Assembly: GCA_022340585.1 (NCBI GenBank)
Contig: JAJDNS010000190.1
Span: 4,130-68,129 of the forward strand
Source: Acidobacteriota bacterium
GTDB taxonomy: Bacteria > Acidobacteriota > Vicinamibacteria > Fen-336
Length of the DNA stretch: 64,000 bases
Direction of reading: 5' to 3'
The notes under the pieces were generated by a model, which did not search any database, was not told where the DNA came from, and saw nothing but the letters and a program-made list of their open reading frames with translations. A program made the translations under genes and the position numbers. The stretch's first letter is position 1. Each line of letters opens with the position of its first letter. Of this stretch, positions 1 through 8,453 are shown one piece after another.

Positions 1-766
1 GTTCCGAGCCGCCGCTCGTGGCCAGGGAGCCGACACGAAGGGAGAGATCGAGGACCGCTTCTCGGCGACGCGCCGGGTGAGCCAGGCTCACCCTCCATGC
101 CTCGAGGTCCGTTCCCCCGGCAGCGACCTGGCCTCCCAGGTCCACCATCCAGGCCCGGGTGCCGTGCACGAGCTCGCCCTCGGCCACCCGGTCCAGGGCA
201 GCGCCCTTGCCGAAGGCCCCGGCGTCCAGCACGACGCCGCGTATCCGGGTGATTCGGCAGGGCCCGCGCCGTACGAGAACGTGACTCAAGCCGACGTTGC
301 GCCGCGCCTCTTCGAGCTCGGCAGGGGCCGGCTGCCTTCCGCCCTGGCGCAGGCCCCAGGCGGCCACGAGGGTCCCGACCGCCGGGTCGAACGCCCCACC
401 GGTGGCCTGGTGCCAGGACAGGAGCTCCTCCAGGAGATCGCAGACCGGCTCGGGAGCCGGCGCCTCCGCCCCGACCGGTTGGCGGTTGATGGCGCTCAGG
501 TGGCTGTCCAGCCGCCAGGTGCTCAGCTGCCCTTCGACGGCCTCGAGGACGCGGAGCATGCGCTCGAGGGTGGCCAGCCCCCGGGCCCGATCGCCGTCGA
601 GGGTCGTGAGCGTGGCCCGGGTGCCCATGCTGTCGACCTCGCGGCGGACCGTACCGGTCCGAGGACGCCGCTCCTCACCTCCGGCGTACCGGGTCAGCCC
701 GGGTCCCGCCAGACCGACCGCCAGGATCCCGAGGAGGACCGCGGTCTGGAGACGCCGGGGGCTCAC
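1..766 (-). CDS. apbE: FAD:protein FMN transferase (ApbE/Ftp family), C-terminal part cut by window edge
   Basis: Not in the ORF track because it runs off the left edge. My minus-strand translation from GTG 766 gives VSPRRLQTAVLLGILAVGLAG (signal-like). It then shows the ApbE hallmarks VDSMGTRATLT, GGAFDPAVGTLVAAWGL, VVLDAGAFGKGAALD and WMVDLGGQV. The start overlaps the upstream stop as GTGA. Confidence 0.8.
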   Translation of the reverse strand, partial: MSPRRLQTAVLLGILAVGLAGPGLTRYAGGEERRPRTGTVRREVDSMGTRATLTTLDGDRARGLATLERMLRVLEAVEGQLSTWRLDSHLSAINRQPVGAEAPAPEPVCDLLEELLSWHQATGGAFDPAVGTLVAAWGLRQGGRQPAPAELEEARRNVGLSHVLVRRGPCRITRIRGVVLDAGAFGKGAALDRVAEGELVHGTRAWMVDLGGQVAAGGTDLEAWRVSLAHPARRREAVLDLSLRVGSLATSGGSE

Positions 767-1242
767 GAGGGGGCCGGGGCCCGCCGGGCCGGCTCCTCCG
801 GCAGGACGCCGGAGCTCGCCCTCTGGAGCCGCCATCCCTGGACCAGATGCCCTCCGTACCCGAGGACGAAGACCACGCTCGTGGCCAAGTGGGCCACCAC
901 CGCGAGGCGGAGCCCGTCGGGGCTGGCGATGACCTGAAGGAGGTAGCCCGACAGGGCCATCCCGGAGAAGCTGAGAAGTGAGGCCCAACCCGTGAGCCGC
1001 CCGCGGCGGCCGGTCGCCGCGAGCTTCGCGAGGACGTGGGACCGCAGGACGATCCCGAAGAGCACGAGGGCAAGGGGCGCCGCCACGACGTGGGCAGCCA
1101 GCATCGAAGGCTGCCAGGGGTGGTTGACGACGGCAAAGGGATCCTCCGCGGTCATCAGGTACTTCATGAAGAAGTACGCGCCGCCGCTCAGCCCCAGGAC
1201 GGCGTTGAGGACGTTGAAGGCCCAGGCCTCCCAGGGCCTCAC
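763..1242 (-). CDS. small 4-TM His-rich membrane protein, possibly a cytochrome-b-like/DUF4405-like electron-transfer subunit
   Basis: Inner GTG (aa 55 of ORF 763..1404) overlaps the stop of the FMN-binding gene as GTGA. The upstream 54 codons are Arg/Pro/Gly junk. There are four hydrophobic helices with His in or near each (VNHPW, AAHVV, RSHVL, VAHLA, GGHLV). Confidence 0.55.
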   Translation of the reverse strand: MRPWEAWAFNVLNAVLGLSGGAYFFMKYLMTAEDPFAVVNHPWQPSMLAAHVVAAPLALVLFGIVLRSHVLAKLAATGRRGRLTGWASLLSFSGMALSGYLLQVIASPDGLRLAVVAHLATSVVFVLGYGGHLVQGWRLQRASSGVLPEEPARRAPAPS

Positions 1243-1799
1243 GGGCCCTCCCCGGCGCGGGCCAGCACGCGATCGATCGCGAGGACCCGGCGCACGGCCG
1301 CGTTCGTCGCGTGGGCCGTCAGGGTGGCCCCGGCGATCGGGCGGATTGCCCGCTGAAGCCCCAGGTCGTCGTTCAGCTCGCGGTCGCGATACTGAGCCCT
1401 CCACGGCTCGGAGGCCAGGTACTCCCGGGGCTCCAGGAACGCGGTGACGTCGATTCTCCGAACACGGCCGTCCGGCGTGAGCGAGATCAGCAGGCTCTCC
1501 CGCTTCGTACGGACGACGTGCGTGTCCACGTACGCCCGCCCCACCACCGCGTCCGTGGTGCGAGCCACGTAGCGGGCGACGAGCGCGCTGGGCACCTCGC
1601 TCCCCGAGAGGGCCGCCACCTTCTCGAGCTGGTCGGCCGTGAGGAAGACCCGCTGGGCCTCGATCGCCGCGCCGGGGTAGCAGGCCGCGAGGGCTTCCTC
1701 TCGCGTCAGCAGGTCCCCCGCCACCACTGGCGAGCAGAGGGCTGCCACCGTCAAGAGGACCACGCCCGCCCGCCGCCTTGGCGCCACCCTAGAACGCAT
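1239..1799 (-). CDS. secreted FMN-binding (FMN_bind) domain protein, predicted ApbE substrate
   Basis: Signal peptide MRSRVAPRRRAGVVLLTVAALCSPVVAG. The C-terminal IRPIAGATLTAHATNAAV matches the FMN_bind flavinylation motif (G-A-T). It overlaps the porin stop by 11 nt and is followed by ApbE in the same operon. Confidence 0.75.
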   Translation of the reverse strand: MRSRVAPRRRAGVVLLTVAALCSPVVAGDLLTREEALAACYPGAAIEAQRVFLTADQLEKVAALSGSEVPSALVARYVARTTDAVVGRAYVDTHVVRTKRESLLISLTPDGRVRRIDVTAFLEPREYLASEPWRAQYRDRELNDDLGLQRAIRPIAGATLTAHATNAAVRRVLAIDRVLARAGEGP

Positions 1800-3204
1800 A
1801 CCCGAGGTCGAGGTTGAGCTGGTTTCGGCCCGTCTCGCCGTCGTTGGTGATGATCTGGTAGTCGAGCTTGAGCACGACGTTCGGTATGGGCTTCAGCTCG
1901 ACCCCGATGGTGTTCAGGGTCCTGAGGGTGGCCCCGCCCCGTTCGTACCCGGCGGGCATCTTCGCCTGGGTGTCGACCCTCTCCCAACGGTAGTAGGGCA
2001 GGAGCGAGACCCGGGTCGAGGCCACCAGGGACAGCACGTTGTAGCCGACCTGGACGTAGCCACCCGCCATCTCCTCCGCCACTCCGTCCGACCCCTCCAG
2101 GTCGAGGTACTGGTTGAGGGCGGCCGCGTCGTCGATCCAGGAGCGGGCGTAGAGACCCCGGACGTCGAGCCCGCGGATCTGGGCCTGGGCGTGGACATCG
2201 ACGATGGTGGTCCGGACGTCGTAGGACTGCCCGTCGACCGTGACCTGTCCCTGACCCGACCCACCCGAGTACAGGCTGGCACCCAGGAAGACGCCGGGCG
2301 TCGGCGTCACGTCGAAGCGGCCCGTGAAGGCCAGGTTGTCCGCCAGGGCCCGGGAGCCCTTCTGACGCCCGCCTCGGATGCCTCCTGCCGAGAAGGCGCT
2401 GCCGTTCAGCCCGTTCACGACGTAGGCGCGGTACACGAGCCGGCTCGCTGACCCGTGGACACCCAAGCCGTTCTCCCTCGACGTGGTCGGGATGATCGCC
2501 TGCTCCGTCTCCGGCCGCCTGGCACCGATGAAGACGTTGGGCTCGTGGAACTCGTTCACGAGTCCCATCGGGAGGAGGAGCATCCCTCCGCGGATTCCCA
2601 AGCTCTCGGTGGCGAGGTAGTCGATGTAGGCGAACTCCACGGAGACCTCGTCGGCGTGCTCGATCTCGATCTCCGAGTTGAACAGGAACTTGTCGTTGAA
2701 GCGATAGCCGACGTAGAGGATGGCCCGCAGGAAGTCCGCCTGCGCGCCGCTGCCGGTGAGCGCGCCGCTCTCGTCCTCGCTGGAGTAGCGCTCGTACAGC
2801 ATCTCGCCGTAGCCGGCGATGGAGACGCCGCGGTCCCGGCCATAGAGCGTGGCCGCCGACGGTGCGAGCCCGAGGGCCCGGGCCTGGTCCTCGGTCACGC
2901 CCTCGGTCTGCGTCTCACCGCTCCGAAGTCTCTCGACCTCGGCGGCGAGGACCTGGATCTGCCGCTCCAGCTCGGTGACGTCCGGCTCGGCGCCGGTGGC
3001 TCCCGCCTGGCGTGACATCTCGTCCTTGAGCTTCTCGACCTCCTTCGTGAGGGACTGGATCTGCCGCTCCAGCTCGGTCACGTCCGTTGGAGCCCCCTGG
3101 GCGACCGCCGCGACCGCGGGATCCGCGCCGGCCCAGCTCTCGGCGCGGGCGTCTACGGCGACCAGTGATGTCCCCAGGACGAGCGCGATGATGTATCGAA
3201 CCAC
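1789..3204 (-). CDS. outer-membrane beta-barrel porin with N-terminal duplicated coiled coil
   Basis: Inner GTG 3204 is preceded by GAGAGG 6 nt upstream. Signal peptide VVRYIIALVLGTSLVAVDARA. DVTELERQIQ heptad segments occur twice. The rest has alternating beta-strand character and a C-terminal ...LNLDLGYAF (terminal Phe, typical of outer-membrane proteins). Confidence 0.7.
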   Translation of the reverse strand: MVRYIIALVLGTSLVAVDARAESWAGADPAVAAVAQGAPTDVTELERQIQSLTKEVEKLKDEMSRQAGATGAEPDVTELERQIQVLAAEVERLRSGETQTEGVTEDQARALGLAPSAATLYGRDRGVSIAGYGEMLYERYSSEDESGALTGSGAQADFLRAILYVGYRFNDKFLFNSEIEIEHADEVSVEFAYIDYLATESLGIRGGMLLLPMGLVNEFHEPNVFIGARRPETEQAIIPTTSRENGLGVHGSASRLVYRAYVVNGLNGSAFSAGGIRGGRQKGSRALADNLAFTGRFDVTPTPGVFLGASLYSGGSGQGQVTVDGQSYDVRTTIVDVHAQAQIRGLDVRGLYARSWIDDAAALNQYLDLEGSDGVAEEMAGGYVQVGYNVLSLVASTRVSLLPYYRWERVDTQAKMPAGYERGGATLRTLNTIGVELKPIPNVVLKLDYQIITNDGETGRNQLNLDLGYAF

Positions 3205-3384
3205 GTGTTGCCTCTCGTTGCCGTTTCGGGCCGGACGAACCCATTCGGCCGACGCCCCCGGCCTCCCCCGGGAGACCCGGGCGTCTCCCCCATCCCTGCA
3301 ATCTGTCGATCTGTCAGTAGCTTGAGGCCCCACCCCCGAGGGGCCCGCGACTGGCGGCGGGTTCCCTGGTGACATCTCGATCCC

Positions 3385-3420
3385 GATAAATGAAATTGAA
3401 ACCCAGTTTCATCATTCTGA
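3385..3420. promoter_or_regulatory. AT-rich palindromic element (TGAAAC-CCA-GTTTCA nested in ATGAAA..TTTCAT), candidate operator in the divergent porin / lipoprotein control region
   Basis: gataaatgaaattgaaacccagtttcatcattctga is a conspicuous AT-rich island in GC-rich DNA, with a perfect 6-3-6 inverted repeat at about 3397-3411. It lies about 190 nt upstream of the porin start. Confidence 0.3.
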
Positions 3421-3878
3421 GGCAAATATACGCGCCGGCCCCCACTGCGGTCAAGAGGGAAGAAGGGAGGGTGTGGAGAGCACATCACCTGTCCGCTCGA
3501 AGGTGGATCGTGGGTACGAGGTGAAGCTGTCGTCAACGAGCTGCGCGTTGCGGAATGCCTCCCTGCGTGAGCGCTTGCTTCTCCACCCACAACGCGGAGG
3601 TCACCCGTGAGCCAGTCGACCCCAAGGGCGCCCTGGTCGACCCCGACCGGATCTTAATTGACTGTTGCTCCACAAGTTACAGAAGTCTCGAATCTCAGTG
3701 CCGGAGGCGGAGTACCCCCGGAAGTCCCGGGTGGAGGCTCCGGGGCGGACCCGCGTGGTGTGTGCTACGATCGCCGAAATTGGCCCTCCGGCATTCCCCT
3801 GGATCATCCAAGCGCAGACCACGCCTCGAGCAGGGAAGAGGCGCGCGCGCGCGTAGGACGAGCTCCCCGGGACCGCTG

Positions 3879-6119
3879 ATGGCCGTGTGGACAGTGGCTC
3901 TGGTCGCCGCCGGCTGCGGCCGGGCGGCCCCGGAGTGGAAGAGCTCCCTCGACCTCGCGGACTTCGTGGCTCACCAGAGGCTGAACGTCAGGACCCAGCT
4001 GATCTCCCCGGCGGACGGCCTCGGGCTTGACAACATCGGCTCCGGTTGGCAACTGCGTGACGACGAGGAAGACGAGCCCATCGCCGAGATGCCTCGCCAG
4101 CTGGGGCGGCTGCGAATCTTTGCTCCGGAGGCCGATGTCGCGTCTATCGAGGTCGAGCTGGGCCTGTCCCCCGACGCCGGCTCCCGCGCGGTGGCGGTGA
4201 GTGTCAGCTTCAATCGGGAGCCGTTGGCCGAACTCGACGTCGTGCAGGCCTGGTCGACCTACCGCATGGAGGTGCCGGCGGAGCTGGTCCGGCCCGGCCT
4301 CAACGTCCTCGATTTCCGGGACTCGGAGAGGAAGCGGAAGAAACGCTCGGTCCGACTCCGGCGCGCGCGATTCTCTCCGAGCAGCGGGGGAGCGCCCTGG
4401 CCCCGCCGCCCCGATCGTGTCCGGGCTGCCCGCGTCGAGGCAGATGGGGCCGTGGAGGGCCGTGTGGAGATGCCGACGGGGAGCTTTCTGGACATGGTCT
4501 TCCGCGTGCCGGAGGGAAGTGAGCTCACCGGCCGCTTCAGCCTGGAGCCCGCCCCGGGGAAGAACCCCGCGCCCGTCGTGGTCTCCGTCCGGCTGCTCGA
4601 CGCGCGAGGCGAGGAGCACAGCTTGCTCCGGGAACGCGTGGACGGGGAGGTGGCTCGTCCGCGGGCGGTGAGTGGCGATCTCAGGCGGTGGGCGGGCGAG
4701 CTGGTCCGTCTGCGGTGGGCGGTGAGAGGGCCGGGCCAGGCCCTCCTCCGGTGGCACGGGGCCGGCGTCCGGTCCACCGACCCGGGTCTGGAACCACCCC
4801 GCCCCGTCATCGAGCGGGTCGCGCCGGGCCGGTCCGGCCGGCTGGGCCAGCCCGACGTGATCGTGATCCTGCTCGACGCGGCGCGGGCGGACGCCTTCTC
4901 CCCCTTCGGCGGTCCCCACGAGACCCCCGCCGTCGCGCGCCTGGCCGCCGGCGGCACGGTGTTTCGCCAGGCCCGGACCGGCTCGTCGTGGACCCTCCAG
5001 TCGGTCACCAGCATGCTCACCGGGATGTACGCCGACGCGCTGGGTATTGCCGCCTGGAGAGACCGGCTGCCCGACGAGGTGCCGTCGCTCCCGGAGCTGA
5101 TGGAATCCGCCGGCTACGACACCGTTCTCTTCTCACAGCACCCGTTCTACCGGTACGACGAAAGCTACCGGCGTGGCTTCCAGACGGTCCGCGTTCTCCG
5201 GGGAGACGACACGACGACCCTGCCCGCGGCCCGGGAGCTCCTGGCCTCTCCGGGGCCGACCTTCGCGCTCGTCCACCTTCTCCCACCTCACATTCCCTAC
5301 ACGCCGCCGGAGCCCTTTCGCGGGCGCTACACCTCGGCCTACGCGGGCGACATGACGGTGGAGCCCGCGCGCCTGCGCCCGTTCACCCCCGACCGCCCGG
5401 AGCGGCCCACCGAAGCCGACGTGCGCTACGTCCGCGATCGCTACCAGGAGAACGTGGCTTACGCGGACAGCCTGTTGAGCCGGGTGCTGGGAATCCTCGA
5501 CCGGAGCGGGCGCTACGACGACGCCCTGATCGTTCTCCTCTCGGATCACGGCGAGGCCTTCCTGGAGCACGGGCGGTTCGTGCACTCCCTGGACCTCCAT
5601 CGCGAGGTCCTGCACGTCCCCCTCGTGATCAAGTGGCCCCGATCGTTGGCGGGCTTCCGCGCGGTGGTTGACGAGCCGGTGAGCCTGCTGGACCTCGTTC
5701 CCACCCTGGTCGATGGCCTCGCCCTCCGCGGCGCCGACGACGGCTTCCAGGGCCGGAGTCTCCTTCCCCTCGTCCTCGGCGAGGCGGTCTCCCCCCGGAG
5801 CTTCTACGCCGTGACGCGGGGCGAGGGCAGCCCCAACCGCGCCGCGACGCCGCGGATGATGCTCGAGTCCCGGGGCCGGAGCCTGCACTTCGCCCCCCTC
5901 GTCGGCCGCACCGAGCTTTATGATGTCGAGAAGGATCCCGGGGAGAGGAACGACCTCGCCCCGCACCAACCGCTGGAGGCCCTGCTCCTTCGCCAGAGCC
6001 TGCTCGTCCAGTCGGCCTGGAACCGTGAGCTTCTCCGGGTCGAGGGCGACGAGCGGCCGTCCGAGGAGCTCGACGACGAGAGCGTCGAACAGCTTGAAGC
6101 GCTGGGGTACCTGAACTGA
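3879..6119 (+). CDS. sulfatase-fold (alkaline-phosphatase superfamily) lipoprotein, Thr-type nucleophile motif, paralog 1
   Basis: Inner ATG 3879 of ORF 3555..6119 gives MAVWTVALVAAGC (lipobox). The C-terminal half has PDVIVILLDAARAD, GSSWTLQSVTSMLTG, LLSDHGEAFLEHG and ELYDVEKDPGERNDL. The ~330-aa N-terminal region looks beta-rich. Confidence 0.8.
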   Translation: MAVWTVALVAAGCGRAAPEWKSSLDLADFVAHQRLNVRTQLISPADGLGLDNIGSGWQLRDDEEDEPIAEMPRQLGRLRIFAPEADVASIEVELGLSPDAGSRAVAVSVSFNREPLAELDVVQAWSTYRMEVPAELVRPGLNVLDFRDSERKRKKRSVRLRRARFSPSSGGAPWPRRPDRVRAARVEADGAVEGRVEMPTGSFLDMVFRVPEGSELTGRFSLEPAPGKNPAPVVVSVRLLDARGEEHSLLRERVDGEVARPRAVSGDLRRWAGELVRLRWAVRGPGQALLRWHGAGVRSTDPGLEPPRPVIERVAPGRSGRLGQPDVIVILLDAARADAFSPFGGPHETPAVARLAAGGTVFRQARTGSSWTLQSVTSMLTGMYADALGIAAWRDRLPDEVPSLPELMESAGYDTVLFSQHPFYRYDESYRRGFQTVRVLRGDDTTTLPAARELLASPGPTFALVHLLPPHIPYTPPEPFRGRYTSAYAGDMTVEPARLRPFTPDRPERPTEADVRYVRDRYQENVAYADSLLSRVLGILDRSGRYDDALIVLLSDHGEAFLEHGRFVHSLDLHREVLHVPLVIKWPRSLAGFRAVVDEPVSLLDLVPTLVDGLALRGADDGFQGRSLLPLVLGEAVSPRSFYAVTRGEGSPNRAATPRMMLESRGRSLHFAPLVGRTELYDVEKDPGERNDLAPHQPLEALLLRQSLLVQSAWNRELLRVEGDERPSEELDDESVEQLEALGYLN

Positions 6120-6121
6120 CG

Positions 6122-8434
6122 ATGAAGACCAGAAACCGACGCCGCCTCGAATGGGGCGGAGGGCCGGGAATCCCGGGCCCCGTGGGGCCGCTGGCCCTGA
6201 CCGCCCTCCTGGTGGCGGGTGCCTGCGGTCCGCCGCACCGCGACTGGAAGAGCTCGCTCGATCTCGCCGACTTCGTGGCCCACCAGAGGCAGAACCTCAG
6301 CACCGAGACCATCTCGACGTCCCTGGGCACCGGCCTCGACGACATCGGCTCCGGCTGGCGGTTGCGCGAGGACGAGGAGGGCGCGCCGGTTGCCGAGATG
6401 CGCCGCCAGCTCGGACGTCTGCGCGTCTACTCTCCCGAGGCTGATCTGGCGTCGGTCGAGCTCGAGCTGGGCCTGTCCCCCGCGGACGAGCCCGGCCCGG
6501 TGAGGGTGAACGTCCACCTCAACCGGCAGTCGCTGGCCGATCTCGATGTCTCCAGGCCGTGGTCGACCTACCGCATGGAGGTGCCGGCGGCGATGGTGCG
6601 GCCCGGTCTCAACGTCCTCGACGTCTGGCACATGGAGAGGAGCCGGACGCAGCCCTCGGTCCGACTCCGGCGGGTGCGGCTTCTCTCGCGCCGCGGGCGC
6701 CCGCTCTGGCCGGAGCGGCCCGACACCATCCGGGTCCGGGATGTCGAAGTCGAGGGGGCCATCGAGCGGCGCGTGGAGATGCCCACCGCGAGCTACCTGG
6801 ACATGGTCCTGCGGGTCCCCGAGGGCGCGTACCTCGCCGGCGGATTCAGCGTCGAACGCGCCCCGGGAGAGGACGCTGCCGTCGTCGACGTCTCGGTCGG
6901 GCTGTTGGACGAAAGCGGCGAAGAGCAGAGCCTTCTCCACGAGCAGGTGGAGGGCGCGTTGGCCGGTTCCCGGAAGCTGGGCGTCGACCTGGCGGGATGG
7001 GCGGGTGAGCTCGTCCGTCTGAGGTGGACAGTGACGGGGGCAGGCAACGCGCTCGTGCGGTGGCACGGGGCCCGAGTCCTCTCCACCGAGCCCCGCCTGG
7101 AGCCACCTTCCCCGCCCATCCGGCGGGTCGCCCCGGGTCGGTCCGGTCGCCTGGGTCGGCCGGACGTGATCGTGATCCTGCTCGACGCGGCACGGGCGGA
7201 TGTCTTCTCTCCCTTCGGCGGTCCCCACGAGACTCCCGCGGTCGCGCGCCTGGCGGCCGACGGGACGGTGTTTCGGTCGGCCGTGGCCGGCTCGTCGTGG
7301 ACTCTTCCCTCGGTCTCCGCCATGCTGACCGGGCTCCACGCCGACACCCTCGGGGTCGGAGCGTGGGAAGACCGCTTGCCCGACGAGGTGCCCACCCTCC
7401 CCGAGCTGATGACGTCGGCCGGCTACCGGTCGGTTCTCTTTTCCCAGCACCCCTTCTACGCGTACGAGACGAGCTTCAAGCGGGGGTTCAAGAGGTTCCG
7501 GGCCCTGCGGGGCAAAGACACCACGGAGCTGCCCCGTCGCCGGGAGCTCATGGCCCGCAATTCGAAGCGTCGGACGTTCGCGCTGGTTCACCTGCTGCCT
7601 CCGCACACTCCCTACACCCCCCCGCCCCCGTTCCGGGGGCGGTACACCGCGGACTACACCGGCGACATGAAGGTCGACGCGACGTACCTGAACAGCTTCC
7701 ACCCGACGGACTCCGAGAGGCCGGACGAGGACGACGTGGACTACGTGCGCGGCCGCTATCTCGAGAACGTGGCGTACGCGGACAGCCTGGTGGGCCGTGT
7801 GCTGAAGAGGCTGGACCAGCACGGGCGGTACGACGACACCCTGGTGGTGCTGCTCGCGGATCACGGCGAGGCCTTCATGGAGCACGGACGCTTCCTGCAC
7901 TCCCAGAACGTCCACCGCGAGCTCCTCCACGTCCCGCTGGTGGTCAAGTGGCCGGCGTCGGTCACGGGCTTCCGCAGGGTGGTGGACGACCCCGTCAGCC
8001 TGCTCGACCTCCTTCCCACCCTCGTGGATGGGCTGGCGCTCGACGGCGCCGCCGATGGCTTCCAGGGCCGGAGCTTCCTTCCCCTCGCCTTCGGTGAGCC
8101 GGGCGGCGAGCGGTCCTTCTACGCCGTGACCCGGGGCGCCAACGGCCCGAACCAGGCCGCGATGCCCCAGCTCATGCTGGAGTCGGGGGGGTGGCGCGTG
8201 CACTCCACGCCCCTCCTCGGCACCACCGAGCTCTATGACGTTTCTCGAGACCCTCTCGAGACGCGCGACCTGGCTTCCGAGCAGCCCCTCCAGGCCCTGC
8301 TCCTCCTCCAGAGCCTCCAGATCCAGTCGGCCTGGAACCGGGAGCTCCTCCGGAAGGGGAGGCCCGGTGAAGCCGGTGGCGATCTCGATGCCGACGCGAT
8401 CGAGCAGCTCGAGGCGCTGGGCTACCTGAACTGA
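6122..8434 (+). CDS. sulfatase-fold lipoprotein, Thr-type nucleophile motif, paralog 2 (tandem duplicate)
   Basis: Starts 2 nt after the paralog 1 stop. Lipobox LLVAGAC. It is colinear with paralog 1 along its whole length (about 70% identity by eye in the catalytic half). The two share WKSSLDLADFVAHQR at the N-terminus and EQLEALGYLN at the C-terminus. Confidence 0.85.
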   Translation: MKTRNRRRLEWGGGPGIPGPVGPLALTALLVAGACGPPHRDWKSSLDLADFVAHQRQNLSTETISTSLGTGLDDIGSGWRLREDEEGAPVAEMRRQLGRLRVYSPEADLASVELELGLSPADEPGPVRVNVHLNRQSLADLDVSRPWSTYRMEVPAAMVRPGLNVLDVWHMERSRTQPSVRLRRVRLLSRRGRPLWPERPDTIRVRDVEVEGAIERRVEMPTASYLDMVLRVPEGAYLAGGFSVERAPGEDAAVVDVSVGLLDESGEEQSLLHEQVEGALAGSRKLGVDLAGWAGELVRLRWTVTGAGNALVRWHGARVLSTEPRLEPPSPPIRRVAPGRSGRLGRPDVIVILLDAARADVFSPFGGPHETPAVARLAADGTVFRSAVAGSSWTLPSVSAMLTGLHADTLGVGAWEDRLPDEVPTLPELMTSAGYRSVLFSQHPFYAYETSFKRGFKRFRALRGKDTTELPRRRELMARNSKRRTFALVHLLPPHTPYTPPPPFRGRYTADYTGDMKVDATYLNSFHPTDSERPDEDDVDYVRGRYLENVAYADSLVGRVLKRLDQHGRYDDTLVVLLADHGEAFMEHGRFLHSQNVHRELLHVPLVVKWPASVTGFRRVVDDPVSLLDLLPTLVDGLALDGAADGFQGRSFLPLAFGEPGGERSFYAVTRGANGPNQAAMPQLMLESGGWRVHSTPLLGTTELYDVSRDPLETRDLASEQPLQALLLLQSLQIQSAWNRELLRKGRPGEAGGDLDADAIEQLEALGYLN

Positions 8435-8439
8435 GCCTG

Positions 8440-8445
8440 TAGAAT
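8440..8445 (+). promoter_or_regulatory. -10-like TAGAAT, 8 nt upstream of ATG 8454 (candidate leaderless promoter)
   Basis: ctgTAGAATcgtcccccATG. There is no Shine-Dalgarno sequence between the hexamer and the ATG. Confidence 0.4.
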
Positions 8446-8453
8446 CGTCCCCC

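Noticed and set aside
77-937. 286-aa and 211-aa plus-strand ORFs at the left edge
   Set aside because: The opposite strand encodes a textbook ApbE sequence and the end of the 4-TM protein, coupled by a GTGA overlap. The plus-strand translations are Pro/Gly/Arg/Ala-rich with no motifs.
3385-3420. Fur box upstream of the porin/flavin operon
   Set aside because: GATAAATGAAATTGAAAC only loosely resembles the GATAATGATAATCATTATC consensus. I report the palindrome as a generic operator candidate, not as a Fur site.
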